Below, in pieces: positions 10,026 to 20,600 of a DNA stretch of 64,000 nt. Each line of letters begins with the position of its first letter. Position 1 is the stretch's first letter. The notes beneath the pieces are model-generated. The model had not been told where the DNA came from and did no database searches. It saw nothing but the letters and a program-made list of their open reading frames with translations. Made by a program: the position numbers and the translations under genes. Source of the DNA: an uncultured Chloroflexia bacterium (GTDB taxonomy: Bacteria; Chloroflexota; Limnocylindria; Limnocylindrales; CSP1-4); the NCBI GenBank assembly GCA_963749705.1, contig CAVVNQ010000004.1:160001-224000 (forward strand), given 5' to 3'.

Positions 10026-10100
10026 GCCAACCGTCGAGGCGATCTCGTGGCGCCGGAGACCACAGGACCAGCCGACCAGGCAGTCCTGACGCCGACAGAC

Positions 10101-10829
10101 CTATCCGGCGAGCGGCGCCGGCACCTGGTGGAACAGCGACGGATCGGCATCCCCGGCGATCACGCGGATCAGCGCCGCCGGGCGGAGACCGAGGGTGGCC
10201 CGCCCGCGCGGGCCGTCGAGCGTGAGCGAGTCCAGCGACTCCGATCGCGCCAGCACGGTGATGTGTGCTCCCGGCGTCAGCGCCCGCGCCTCGAGGTAGG
10301 ACAGCAGGCCGGCGTCCTCCTCGGCCTCCTCGGTGATCCGGAGCACGGTCGCCCGGGACCCCGATTCGAGCTCCGACAGGGGGGTCCCGTCGGGACGGCG
10401 CCGGGCCGTCTCGAGGTCGATCGGGTTGCCGTGCGGACACGTCTCCGGGTGGCCCAACAGCTCGTCCAGCTTCGCCTCGACGCGCGGCGACAGGGCGCCC
10501 TGGAGCCGCATCGCCTCGACGTCGCTCTCAGCCCAGGACAGCCCCACGACCGAGGTGAGCAGCCACTCGAGCAGGGCGTGCCGGCGGAAGATCGCATCGG
10601 CGGCCGTGCGCCCGGCTGTGGTCAGCGCGAGGCCCCGGCCGGCCGTCGTCTCGAGCAGGCCGTCCGCGCCCAGCCGGCGGCACATCTCGCTCGCCGCCTG
10701 CGTGGTGACCCCGACCTGGCGCCCGACCTGCGCGGTCGTCGCCGCCCGACCGTCGGACGCCATCACGCGCAGCGCCAGCAGGTACTCCTGGGCGGCGGCC
10801 GAGATGTCCGCCGGATCGTGTCGACGCAT
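10101..10829 (-). CDS. DtxR/MntR-family metal-dependent regulator with C-terminal FeoA/SH3-like domain
   Basis: QEYLLAL wHTH, RRHALLE, LGHPETCPHGNPI, FeoA-like LTPGAHITV. Confidence 0.9.
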   Translation of the reverse strand: MRRHDPADISAAAQEYLLALRVMASDGRAATTAQVGRQVGVTTQAASEMCRRLGADGLLETTAGRGLALTTAGRTAADAIFRRHALLEWLLTSVVGLSWAESDVEAMRLQGALSPRVEAKLDELLGHPETCPHGNPIDLETARRRPDGTPLSELESGSRATVLRITEEAEEDAGLLSYLEARALTPGAHITVLARSESLDSLTLDGPRGRATLGLRPAALIRVIAGDADPSLFHQVPAPLAG

Positions 10830-10838
10830 GGATCAAGT

Positions 10839-12324
10839 CTACGGCGGGGATCGGTCGTCGCCGCGACGGAAGCGCCACGTGCCGCGAACGCCGGCGATGA
10901 CGGCGGCGAGCCAGGCGACCGCGATCGCGGCGCCCAGCACGGGGGCACCGGCCCGGCTCCCGGGCCCGGAGCCGACCGCCAGCACGGCGGCCACCGGCAG
11001 CGCCACGGCCAGGGCGACGATCGACCCGAACGCGGACATCGCGGCCAATGGCCCGACCAGGAACAGGGCCGCGATGACGACGGGTTGTACCGCGATCGGG
11101 AGGACGGGCAGCGGTTCGGTGCACGCCGCCGTGTACGTGGCGCATCCGGTGATCGTGGACAGCAGGGTGCCCAGCGCGAAGCCGATCGGTGGCCAGCCGA
11201 TGAGCGCGAGCAGGAGCCGCCAGCGACGCTCGGGGCGCTGGGCGAGGGCGAGCAGGCTCGCGGGCGACGCGCGACGGGCAAGCGCCTCGAGGTCCGGCAG
11301 GTCCGCCATGTCCGGGCCGGCTCGGCCGGCCCCCGCCGGCGGGCTCGACGCGCGCGCGCCGTGCGTCCCCGGCCGCCCGGGCCTGCGCTCCGCCCGGCGG
11401 GCCGGGGGGTTCGGTGGCGTCGTACGCCCATCGGCCGGTCGCCCACTCGCCCTCGCCCCGTGCGGTGGTGGTGCCGCGGCTGCCATCCCAGCGCAGGTCG
11501 ACGCGCTCGCCCGTGGCGTCGGCGTCGGCAACCGGTCCCGGCATGGCCGGGACCTCCCGTTCGCCACCCGGGGCCGTCTCGCCCTCCGCAGCCCGGCGGG
11601 CGCGGGCCTGGTATTCGGGACCGTGCTTGCGCGGATCGGCATATTCGCGCGGGTTGATCGTCCAGAACGTGCCCGATGACGGGCCGTACCAGGCACCGCC
11701 GCCCCACTCCGGGTCGCGGGGCATCTCGGCGGCCTCGTCATAGGTCGTCGACCCGGGGGTTGCCTTCCGGGGGCCTCGAGGCGATCGGCGACCCGGACGG
11801 TCGCCGGGCGCGGTTCGGCCGTCGCGCCGACCCGTCCCGCCGGCTGCACCCGCGCTCGCTGCCCCCGTGCCGGCTGCACCCGTGCCGGCTGCACCCGCTC
11901 CACCGCCCGAGCCCTGCCGCCGGCGGCCGGCCGATCCCGGACGGGGAGCGTCGGACGCTCCCGCGGCTGCGTCCGTCGTGCCCGGGTCCCGGAACCCGGA
12001 TCGGCGGGCCCGCCACGCATCTCGTGATGCCCGGGCACGATCGGGATCCGCCCGCCACGGCTCGCGATCGCGGGCCGATCCGCCGCGCCCGCCGGCACCG
12101 GCGGCTCGCGCATCGGAGCCCTGACCGGCGCCCCGCAGGCGCCCCTCGCCGTCGACGAGGCGCTCGTAGGCGGCCTGGATGGCGAGGAACCGCGGCAGCG
12201 CCCGCTCGCCGGCGGCGTCCGGGTGGTACTGCTTGGCGAGGCGGCGGTACGCGGAGCGGATCTCGATCAGGGAGGCGCCCGCGCGGATCCCGAGGATCCG
12301 GTATGGGTCTCCCTGGTTGGTCAT
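10839..12324 (-). pseudogene. J-domain (DnaJ) membrane protein, apparently frameshifted near 11.35-11.41 kb (or two genes)
   Basis: DPYRILG..AYRRLAKQYHPD J-domain frame runs on into the dtxR gene. The multi-TM C-terminus (LPDLEALARR..WRLLLALIGWPP) is in another frame ending at 10839. Confidence 0.6.
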
Positions 12325-12429
12325 GGGACGCATACCTCCGTCAGCCGGAGCGACCCGGCCGTCGAGCGACGGTTCGTCGTCAGGCGGTCGAGGTCGTCAA
12401 CCCGTGGCCGTCGTCGCCCATCGCCATCG

Positions 12430-13587
12430 TCAGCCGACCAGCTCGCCCACGGGCGCGAGCTCGAAGCCCGAGATCGCTTCCGCGCCGGTCCGGCCGTGCG
12501 GGTCCAGTGTGACCGGCCGGTGGTAGCGAGCCAGGGCGCGCAGCGGCTGCCCGTCCAGAACGCCCGCCTGGCGAAGCGCCTCGACGGATGCGGACCATGT
12601 CCCGCGGCCGGACCCGTCGCCGTCCTCGATCTTGATCGCCATGCCGGTGGCGGGCGCCACCGCGCCGTTCCCGCGAGGGCCGCGCAGGATGCCGATCGCG
12701 CGCAGCGCCTCCATCCCGCTCTTGCTCACGAGCCGTCCGTCGATGGCCTTCATGAGCGATGTGTCGAGCCGGTCGCGCGTCCCGGCGACCAGCTCGGGAT
12801 GGGCGATCATCGCGTCCCGGACGGTGAGGTACTGGCGTTCCAGCGCCACCCGTGGATCGTCCGAGGGAAGCGCCGACGGGTCGGCGAGGATCGCGAATGC
12901 GCGCGCGACCTCGCGCAGCGGGAACGCGTAGGTGAGCACGCCGCAGCCATCGAGCCCGGTGCGCAGCTGGTCCGGACGCACGTTGTAGGCGGCGGCGACC
13001 GCCTCCTGGTACGCGACGTGGGCTGGATGCGTCGACTGCCAGTAGGTCTCCAGCTCCCATCCGCCGAGCTTGGCGAGCAGGATGAACACCGAGTGCTGGC
13101 CGGAGCACATGTGGCGCAGCGGACCGGGGCGCTCGCCGTCGCGCGCGAGGCGGGCCGCGGTCAGCGCGTCGAGCGGCATGCCCTCGGTCCCGCACGCCAG
13201 GATCCCCTGCGGGATGCCGATCCGGCGGTACATCGCCTGGATCGTTCGTACGTGAACGTCCTCGCCGGAATGGCTCGACGCCATCACGGCCAGCTCCTCG
13301 CTCGTCAGGTCGAACTCGCGCTGACCGCCCGCGCGCAGGAGCCCCATCAGGCCGAACGGCTTGACCGTCGATCGCAGGTAGACGAGGCGATCCGGCTCAC
13401 CGATCAGGCGCAGCATCCGGCCCGTGGCGTCGACCTCGACCACGTCACCCCGATGGACCGACTCGACAACGCCGTTCCGCGTCTGCCTGACCAGGACCGG
13501 AGCAGCGCTCCATCGCGGTGCGCGCGGGGCGGCGGCCGGCATGCCGCCGGCGCTGCGCGGAGACCGGGTCGGGGTTCGAGCAGCCAT
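12430..13587 (-). CDS. L-asparaginase II (class 3, Rhizobium etli-type) family protein
   Basis: RNGVVESVHRG, RSTVKPF, ASSHSGE, CSG.H, DGCG, KIEDGD; TATGCT -10 element 8 nt before ATG 13587. Confidence 0.85.
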   Translation of the reverse strand: MAARTPTRSPRSAGGMPAAAPRAPRWSAAPVLVRQTRNGVVESVHRGDVVEVDATGRMLRLIGEPDRLVYLRSTVKPFGLMGLLRAGGQREFDLTSEELAVMASSHSGEDVHVRTIQAMYRRIGIPQGILACGTEGMPLDALTAARLARDGERPGPLRHMCSGQHSVFILLAKLGGWELETYWQSTHPAHVAYQEAVAAAYNVRPDQLRTGLDGCGVLTYAFPLREVARAFAILADPSALPSDDPRVALERQYLTVRDAMIAHPELVAGTRDRLDTSLMKAIDGRLVSKSGMEALRAIGILRGPRGNGAVAPATGMAIKIEDGDGSGRGTWSASVEALRQAGVLDGQPLRALARYHRPVTLDPHGRTGAEAISGFELAPVGELVG

Positions 13588-13690
13588 GAACATCGAGCAT
13601 AGCGCGGGCCCGATGTCGCGGTTCCGGCACGAGAGCGCGAGGCCCGAGAGGCGGTGCGCAAGCGCACCGGGTTTGGTCGCCGGCTCGAGC

Positions 13691-13760
13691 ATCGCCTCGA
13701 TCATCGGCTCGGTCGCCGCCTCGGCCATCGGCTCGGTCGTCGCCTCGGCCATCGGCTCGC
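13691..13760. repeat. 24-bp imperfect tandem repeat, about 3 copies
   Basis: CATCGGCTCGGTCG(C/T)CGCCTCGGC repeated upstream of the asparaginase start. Confidence 0.7.
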
Positions 13761-14077
13761 CTGACAGTTGTCCGCCATGCGAGCGTTCGCCACCGGTGCC
13801 CCGCGGATCCCTGACACCTGCTCGCCAGGTGGACACTATCGGGCCGATTCACGACTTTGCCCACGTCACGGAGCCTGCGGATCCGGTTGGATCGCCCGGC
13901 CACGGTGGCTAGTGCTCGCCCCGCGGCCATCTGTCAGGGGCTGTCGACCCATCGAGAGAGCCCAGGTTCCCCCGCACCACCGCCCCGGCCCGCGCTAGGA
14001 TTCGCGACGATCCGGAGGACGGTCGCCTCCGACCGGCCGCGTCCGCCGACCCGACCACCGCAGCGTGAGGGATCCCC

Positions 14078-14722
14078 GTGGCAGCCTCGCCCAACCTCCA
14101 CGTCTCGCAGCACCCGGCGGTGCGCCACAAGCTGGGCATCCTCCGCGACCAGGCCACCGAGCCCAAGAAGTTCCGCGAGGTCGTGCGAGAGCTTTCCTGG
14201 CTCCTCGGCTACGAGGCCCTGGCGGACGCCCGGACGCAACCGCTCGACGTGACCACCCCGATCGAGACCATGCAGGGCGAGGAGCTCGCCGACCGCATCG
14301 GGTTCATCCCGATCCTGCGCGCCGGCCTGGGCATGGTCGACGCCTTCCTCGAGCTCATGCCCACCGCCCAGGTCTGGCACCTCGGCCTGTTCCGCGACGA
14401 GCGGACGCTGCGCCCGGTCGAGTACTACAACAAGCTGCCCAACAGCGCGACCGTCGACCTGTGCCTGATCCTCGACCCGATGCTCGCGACCGGCGGCTCG
14501 GCCAGCGCGGCCATCGACGTCCTCAAGCGCTGGGGCGCGGTGCGCATCAAGCTCGTCAACCTCATCGCGGCCCCGGAAGGCGTCGAGGCAGTGCTCAAGG
14601 CGCATCCCGACGTCGAGATCTACGCCGCCGCGCTCGACCGCCAGTTGAACGACAAGGGCTACATCATGCCCGGCCTCGGGGACGCGGGTGACCGCCAGTT
14701 CGGGACCGGGAACACCGGCTGA
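14078..14722 (+). CDS. upp: Uracil phosphoribosyltransferase
   Basis: [27 protein letters not shown] (PRPP loop), [12 protein letters not shown]. Confidence 0.97.
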   Translation: MAASPNLHVSQHPAVRHKLGILRDQATEPKKFREVVRELSWLLGYEALADARTQPLDVTTPIETMQGEELADRIGFIPILRAGLGMVDAFLELMPTAQVWHLGLFRDERTLRPVEYYNKLPNSATVDLCLILDPMLATGGSASAAIDVLKRWGAVRIKLVNLIAAPEGVEAVLKAHPDVEIYAAALDRQLNDKGYIMPGLGDAGDRQFGTGNTG

Positions 14723-14806
14723 TCATCGACGACCTCAACCACTATCGATCAGCGACTGCGAGGACGAGCACGAGCGGCAGGTGGTCGTTGTGAGGTGAGC
14801 GTCGCC

Positions 14807-16033
14807 CTACGGCGCCACGATCGTGAGAGCGGCCTCCGGGCTTGCCGAGCTCGTGTCGAGGGAACCGCCTGGGTCCATGTCCCAGTGCAGGATGGCCGGA
14901 CCCGGCACGACCCCTGCGCCGACCGGCAGTCGCATCTCGAGCGTGACGCTGGCTCCGGGTGCCAGTGCCGGTGCGATGGCGGCGCAGTTCAGCAGGAGAC
15001 GCTGGACGGTGGGCAGCTTGAGCGCCACGCCGCCGAGGACCAGGTTCTCGGAGTAGGTGGGACAGGGATCGAGTGGGGCGGGCTGCGTCCCGAGGTTCGT
15101 GAGCGTCACGTAGTAGACGAGGTCGGCCCCGGCAGTGGCCGACGACGGCACGGACAGCACCACTGATGCCGGCTGCGGCGGAGACGGAGGCTGCTCCGGC
15201 GCGACCGGGGTGAAGGCGTAAGCGGTGAAGGTGGACGCCGCGGACGGCACGTCGCACCGGGGCACCCCGCCGATCCCTGGCCCGAACGACGTTGGACCGG
15301 CGTCGATGGGGGCTCCTCCCGACGGAAGGGTGACGGTCAGGGAGGTGACGACCGGGGTCGTTGTGCCACACCAGTTCGACCACCACAGGAACGCCCCTGC
15401 CGTCCCGCCTGGCTCGAGCAGGACCGGACCCGCGATGACGCTCGGGTCGCTGCTGCCGTCGCTGGGCTCGGCGTGGTAGGTGATCGGCTCAACGATCGCC
15501 CTGGCGGACCGCAACTCGACGAGACGTGGGCTGCCCCGAAGGAGGCATGCGTGCTGACCAACGTTCGTCACAGTGAGCGATCCGAGCATCTGCCCGCCGC
15601 CGCCCTGCCACCCGGCTGACGCGGTGAGATCGCCGGGAAGACAGGTCGGCGTCCCCGACGGGATCACGACAGGCGTCGGCGACGGGGCCGTGAAGGTCGT
15701 CTGGTGGAGCCACGGAACGATCGACCCGGATGGTTTCGGGTTCTCCGTCGCGGCGCCAGCCGAAGGCGTCCGCGAGATCATCGGGGTCTGACTCGGCGTC
15801 GCCCCCGATGACACGCCAAAGGGGATGCCACCGCCCCAAGCGAGGACCGCGACGACCATGACCGCAGCGGCCAGCACCGGGACGGCCCGAAGTACGCCAC
15901 GCCACCTCGGCTCCCGTCGCCCCGAAGGCTCGGCCCCGAGCTGGTCCACCGCATTGCGGAGGCTGCTCGGCGCGGACGGCAGATCCCAATCACTGAGGCG
16001 CTCGCGCAACCTGCGGTCGAGGTCGTCGCTCAT
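14807..16033 (-). CDS. Single-pass membrane protein with extracytoplasmic DUF4232-like domain; putative anti-sigma factor
   Basis: MSDDLDRRLRERL N-terminus, TM VPVLAAAVMVVAVLAWGGG, Pro/Thr linker, C..GDL..WQG..LTVTN..C.L.G.P; overlaps the ECF stop by 4 nt. Confidence 0.75.
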   Translation of the reverse strand: MSDDLDRRLRERLSDWDLPSAPSSLRNAVDQLGAEPSGRREPRWRGVLRAVPVLAAAVMVVAVLAWGGGIPFGVSSGATPSQTPMISRTPSAGAATENPKPSGSIVPWLHQTTFTAPSPTPVVIPSGTPTCLPGDLTASAGWQGGGGQMLGSLTVTNVGQHACLLRGSPRLVELRSARAIVEPITYHAEPSDGSSDPSVIAGPVLLEPGGTAGAFLWWSNWCGTTTPVVTSLTVTLPSGGAPIDAGPTSFGPGIGGVPRCDVPSAASTFTAYAFTPVAPEQPPSPPQPASVVLSVPSSATAGADLVYYVTLTNLGTQPAPLDPCPTYSENLVLGGVALKLPTVQRLLLNCAAIAPALAPGASVTLEMRLPVGAGVVPGPAILHWDMDPGGSLDTSSASPEAALTIVAP

Positions 16034-16602
16034 CGGGCGTCCTCCGCAGGTACCGAGGCCCCCTCGAGGCTCGCCCGCATCTGCTGGAGCGCGCGGTGCA
16101 GGCGCGACTTGACGGTGCCCAGGGGCCAGCCCAAACGGTCGGCGACGCCCTCGAGCGTCACGCCGGCCCAGTAGTGCAGGACGACGACGATCCGCTGGTC
16201 CGCATCGAGGCCCCGCATCGCTCGGGCGACCTCGTCGCGGTCGACCACGGCCTGGAAAGGATCGAGCGCTGGCCCGGTCGCCCCATCGGCGAGGACGATG
16301 AACCGAACGAGCTTTCGCCGCCGCATGCGATCGCGGCAGACGTTGACCAGGATCCCATCGAGCCAGGCGTCGACGCGTGAGAAATCGCGCAGCGACGCCG
16401 CGGAGCGCCACGCGCGAAGCATCGCCTCCTGCGTGGCGTCTTCGGCATCGGCGGCGTTGCCCAGCAGCAGGCCGGCCAGCCGATAGCGCCGGTCGATCCC
16501 CGCCCGAGCGGACGCCACGATCAGAACCTCTGCGTCTGTGCGCGGCACGGTCAGATCGATCTCCCCCATCTCATGGGTCAGGACGAGCGCGGCGGCTCTC
16601 AT
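16030..16602 (-). CDS. ECF RNA polymerase sigma factor (start 16602 or 16569)
   Basis: DAEDATQEA..AWR (region 2), WLDGILVNVCRD, LGWPLGTVKSRLHRAL (region 4). Confidence 0.9.
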   Translation of the reverse strand: MRAAALVLTHEMGEIDLTVPRTDAEVLIVASARAGIDRRYRLAGLLLGNAADAEDATQEAMLRAWRSAASLRDFSRVDAWLDGILVNVCRDRMRRRKLVRFIVLADGATGPALDPFQAVVDRDEVARAMRGLDADQRIVVVLHYWAGVTLEGVADRLGWPLGTVKSRLHRALQQMRASLEGASVPAEDAR

Positions 16603-16610
16603 GGTGCCCG

Positions 16611-16641
16611 TAAAGACGAGCGACGGAGCGATACGGTTCTC
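16611..16641 (-). promoter_or_regulatory. Putative ECF-type autoregulatory promoter GAACC-N16-CGTC
   Basis: Minus strand GAGAACCGTATCGCTCCGTCGCTCGTCTTTA just upstream of the ECF gene matches the general ECF -35 AAC / -10 CGTC pattern. Confidence 0.6.
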
Positions 16642-17108
16642 GAGGCTCCTCACCACCATCCCGCTGGCCGAGGGCAAACGTACCGTTCGCCGCTCTGCTC
16701 CGACTCAGAGCCGGCCTCGAATGTAGCCTGCCCGCCGGCTGTCTCCGTCGCGACGTGATCGGGTCAACGACCCGCGTGCATCCGCAGCCGAAAGACCAAC
16801 GGTTCGTTGCGTCCGCAATTACCACCAATTCCACATGTCCCTGGGGCCTCGACCTGCCCTGGCGCTCGCGCCGGCCGGGACTCTGATCGACCGTGCAGTC
16901 GGCTGAGGCCTCAGCCACCCGGGCACAAGAACTGAGGGTCGGCATCCGCTGATCTAAGGCTTGTCCCGATGTGCCCGGCACCCCTGCGCCGTAGGTTCGA
17001 GACACGCCCGTCGGCCGGGCGCCACCACCGCGGAGCCAGTCCCGTCAGGCCGAGCCGGTGACGAGGCATCCGCGCCTGTACCGGAACTGATCAAAGGAGA
17101 ACGACACG

Positions 17109-17450
17109 ATGCGGAATGAACGCCCCTACAAGGTCGGGTTCGGCCTCACCCTGGCCCTCGCCACCACCCTGCTGGGCGGCACGAGCGCCCTCGCCTTTCC
17201 CGCACCCATGGACACGACCACCACTTCCGGGCCGGCGAGCATCCTGCCTCCGCCCCCGGGCGCACCCAACCGCAACTATTCCGACCCGGTGGACGGCACC
17301 GTGATCATGGCATCGCCAACGACCGGCCGAAACGTCAGGGTTCCGGCCGTTGACTCGCAGCAGGCCGCGCCACAGCGACTCGACCAGAACGCGATCAGCA
17401 TCGTTCGCTCGCCAGCGACCGGACGCAACGCCAGGGTGCCGGCCTTCTGA
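17109..17450 (+). CDS. Small secreted protein (113 aa) with duplicated SPxTGRNxRVPA motif
   Basis: Strong AAAGGAGA RBS; signal peptide ending SALA; internal repeat SPTTGRNVRVPA / SPATGRNARVPA. Confidence 0.75.
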   Translation: MRNERPYKVGFGLTLALATTLLGGTSALAFPAPMDTTTTSGPASILPPPPGAPNRNYSDPVDGTVIMASPTTGRNVRVPAVDSQQAAPQRLDQNAISIVRSPATGRNARVPAF

Positions 17451-17622
17451 ACGCGGCTGGAGGTCGCATTGAGACAACCCGCAGCGGCCGGCTCGCTGAC
17501 GCACGTCCGTGATCCGGCGGCACCCACCGCGCACAGGTCACCGGGGGTCCAGCACCGTTCAATGGCCGCTGGGCCCTCGCTCCCGGGGTGCTGCCAGATG
17601 TGGCCAGACTGCCGACCAGGAC

Positions 17623-20600
17623 ATGCTGACTATGCTTGAGGACGTGCCTCGCGATACGTCCTTCGCGTTCATCGGACGCCAGGCCGAGCTCGAGCAGCTG
17701 GAGGCGGCTTGGAATCGGGTCGTGCACGGCGAGCCGCGCTTCATCCTCGTTGGCGGCGACGCTGGCATCGGCAAGACCCGCCTGGTGCGCGAGCATCTCG
17801 GGCGGCCTGGCGGCGAGCGCGTCATCGCCACCGGTGGGTGCGTCCCGGTCGCGGGCGGAAGCCTCCCGTACGTGCCGTTCATCCAGATCCTCCGTACTCT
17901 CGCGTTGTCGAGCGGGCCTGGATACGACGCCGCGGTGGCGCTCGCATCGCTGCCGCCGGCGTCACGGGCCGAGCTTCACCGCCTGGTGCCCGCGCTGCGG
18001 TCGCTGGACTCGTCTGCGCCGGTCTCGATCCCACCCGAGCCCGACGAGTCGCTCGCCCGGGCTCGCCTGTTCGAGGCCGTCCTGACCTACCTGCTCGGGG
18101 TTGCCGCCGAGGCGCCGCTGCTGCTCGTCCTCGAGGATCTCCACTGGGCCGACCGCTCGAGCCGCGACCTGCTTTCCTACCTCGTCCGCAACCTGCGGAC
18201 CGAGCGGATCCTCGCGCTCGCCACGTATCGCATCGACGAGCTCCACCGCCGGCATCCACTCCGACCGTGGCTGGCTGAGCTGGGCCGCCTCGACCAGGTG
18301 GAGCGCCTGGAGCTGCACCCGCTCGAGGCCGACGACCTGCGCCGCGATGTCGCCGAGATGCTCGGGCCCGACGCGGATCCTTCGCTCGTGGACCGGATCG
18401 TCCGGCGGTCCGAAGGCAACCCGCTGTTCGCGATCGAGCTCGTGGCGAGCGCCCGCGCCGGCACCGGTCACCATGGGCTGCCCGAGACGCTCCGCGACGG
18501 GTTCCTCGACCGTGTCGAGGGCCTGGGGCGCGACGCGCTGCCGATTGCCCGCGCTTCCGCCATCCTCGGCCGACCTGCCGCAGAGCAGCTCCTCGGCGAC
18601 GTGACCGGGCTCCCGGCCGACCGGCTCGCCGCCGGGATCCGCGAGATACTCGACGCCCAGGTGCTGACCACCGTGCACCACGAGTCCGGGGAGCGGTTCG
18701 AGCCCCGGCATGCGCTCCTCGCCGAGGCAATCGTCGACGACCTGCTGCCGGGCGAGCGGACCGCGCTCCACCGCCGGATCGCGGACCTGCTCGAGGCCGG
18801 GACCGACGACGACGGGGAGCCGGCCCGGATCGCGGCCGAGATCGCTCACCACCGCTGGGCGGCCCACGACACCGAGCTCGCCGTAGAGGCCAGCGTGCGG
18901 GCGGCCGTCGCCGCGGCCGACGCCCGCGCGTACGCCGAGGCCGATGCCCACTGGACCCGCGCCCTCGAGGCCTGGCCGGCCCCGAGCGAGGTCGAGGGCT
19001 TCGACCACCCGGCGGCCCTGCTTCGGGCCGCCGAGGTTGCGTGGGCCCTCGGGGACCGTGGACGGGCCGCGGACCTGGCAGATCAGGCCCTCGAGCGTAT
19101 CGACGCACGCACCGATCCGATGCGGGCCGCGCTGGCCCACCAGCAGCTCGGCCTGACCCTGAACACCGTGGACGCGCGAGCCGCCGACCTTCACATCGCC
19201 CAGGCGGTCCGCCTCGTCCCGGCCATTGACGCACCGCCGGCGGCGGCGCAGGTCCTCGTCGTGCGCGCGGCCTACCTGGGCTGGCGGCTGCAGCTGGACC
19301 GGGCGGTGCCGATCGCCCGGCGCGCCCTCGAGCTCGACCCGCGGCACGAGTTCCCGATGGTGGAACCAGCAGCGCTCGGAGTGCTGGGCGCGACCCATCT
19401 TGGGCGGTCGCAACACGGGGCGGCCATCGAGCTCCTGACGCGCGTGTTCGAGCTCGCGGAGCAGGTCGACGACCGGAGGATCATGGTCTTTGCGGCGCAT
19501 TCGTTGTGCACCGGCCTGAACAGCGTCGGCCTCTGGAGCCTTGTGCTCGAGTACCACGATCGGTATGTCGCGCGCATCAGGGAGCTCGGCGTCGTCCGAT
19601 TGTGGGGCTGGTGGCTGCATGACGCTCGCGTGACCGCCCTGCTTGGACTCGGACGATGGCGTGAGGCGGAGTCGGTGATGGAGGCCATGCTCGCCGAGCA
19701 CGACGTTGCGGAGCACCTGGAGTTCGCCGCGGTCGCAGCCGTGGTCTGGGCACGCCGAGGGCGGGTCGAGGAGGCTGCCAGGCTGGCTGCGTTGGCTGCC
19801 GCCGACCCAAGTCTGGCGCTCGTCGACCGGCTGGTACCGGTCGGGTGCCTGTCGGCCCGTGCCGAGGTCGCGCTCGCCCGGGGCGAATGGACCGAGCTCC
19901 GCGAAACCGTGGCCATGGCATTCGCGTCCGTGCCGGCCAGGACTCGGAACACATATCCCGACCTGCGTCCATTCGCGCTGTTCGGCCTCCAGGCCGAGGC
20001 CGAGCTCGCGTTCGAGGCGCGGATCCGGCGGGATGCGGAGGCGGAGGCCGAGGCACTCGACATCGCCCGCAACCTCGCCGGCTGGGCCCGGAACCTCGCC
20101 CAGCGCGTGACCGAGGCCGGCGAACCCTTGGTGGCCACGACGCTTGCCGACGCGGCGATGGCCGTGGCCCTGCTCACCCGGGTGGAGCATCGAGCCGATC
20201 CGGGCACCTGGCGGACCGCCCTCGAGCGGTGTGAGGCGGTCGGCAACCCGTACGACATCGCCCGGGTGCGTCACTGGCTGGCCGAGGCGATCCTCGAGCG
20301 CGGGGGTTCCCGGTCCGAGGCGACCGCCGAGCTCGCGCACGCCCTTGCGACGGCGGCAGAGCTCGGTGCGGCCGGTCTCGAGCGGGCCATCCGCGACCTC
20401 GCGCGACGAGCGCGCATCGAGCTTGAGACCGCGGATGCGACCACGGCCGCCGCGACGGCTCCCGGGCTGACCGCGGCCCCGATCGATGACCGGCTGCCGA
20501 CACCCATGAAGCCGGCCGTCGACCGACCCACCGAGCTCGTCGAGCCCCTGACAAGGCGCGAGCGCGAGGTGCTCGGCTACCTCGCCGCCGGCTGGACCAA

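Noticed and set aside
13588-13836. Extended asparaginase N-terminus including MAEATTEP repeats
   Set aside because: It lies upstream of a leaderless-type -10 element; the repeats are more likely intergenic.
16985-17010. tRNA T-arm-like GGTTCGAGAC
   Set aside because: Flanks do not form a T stem or cloverleaf.
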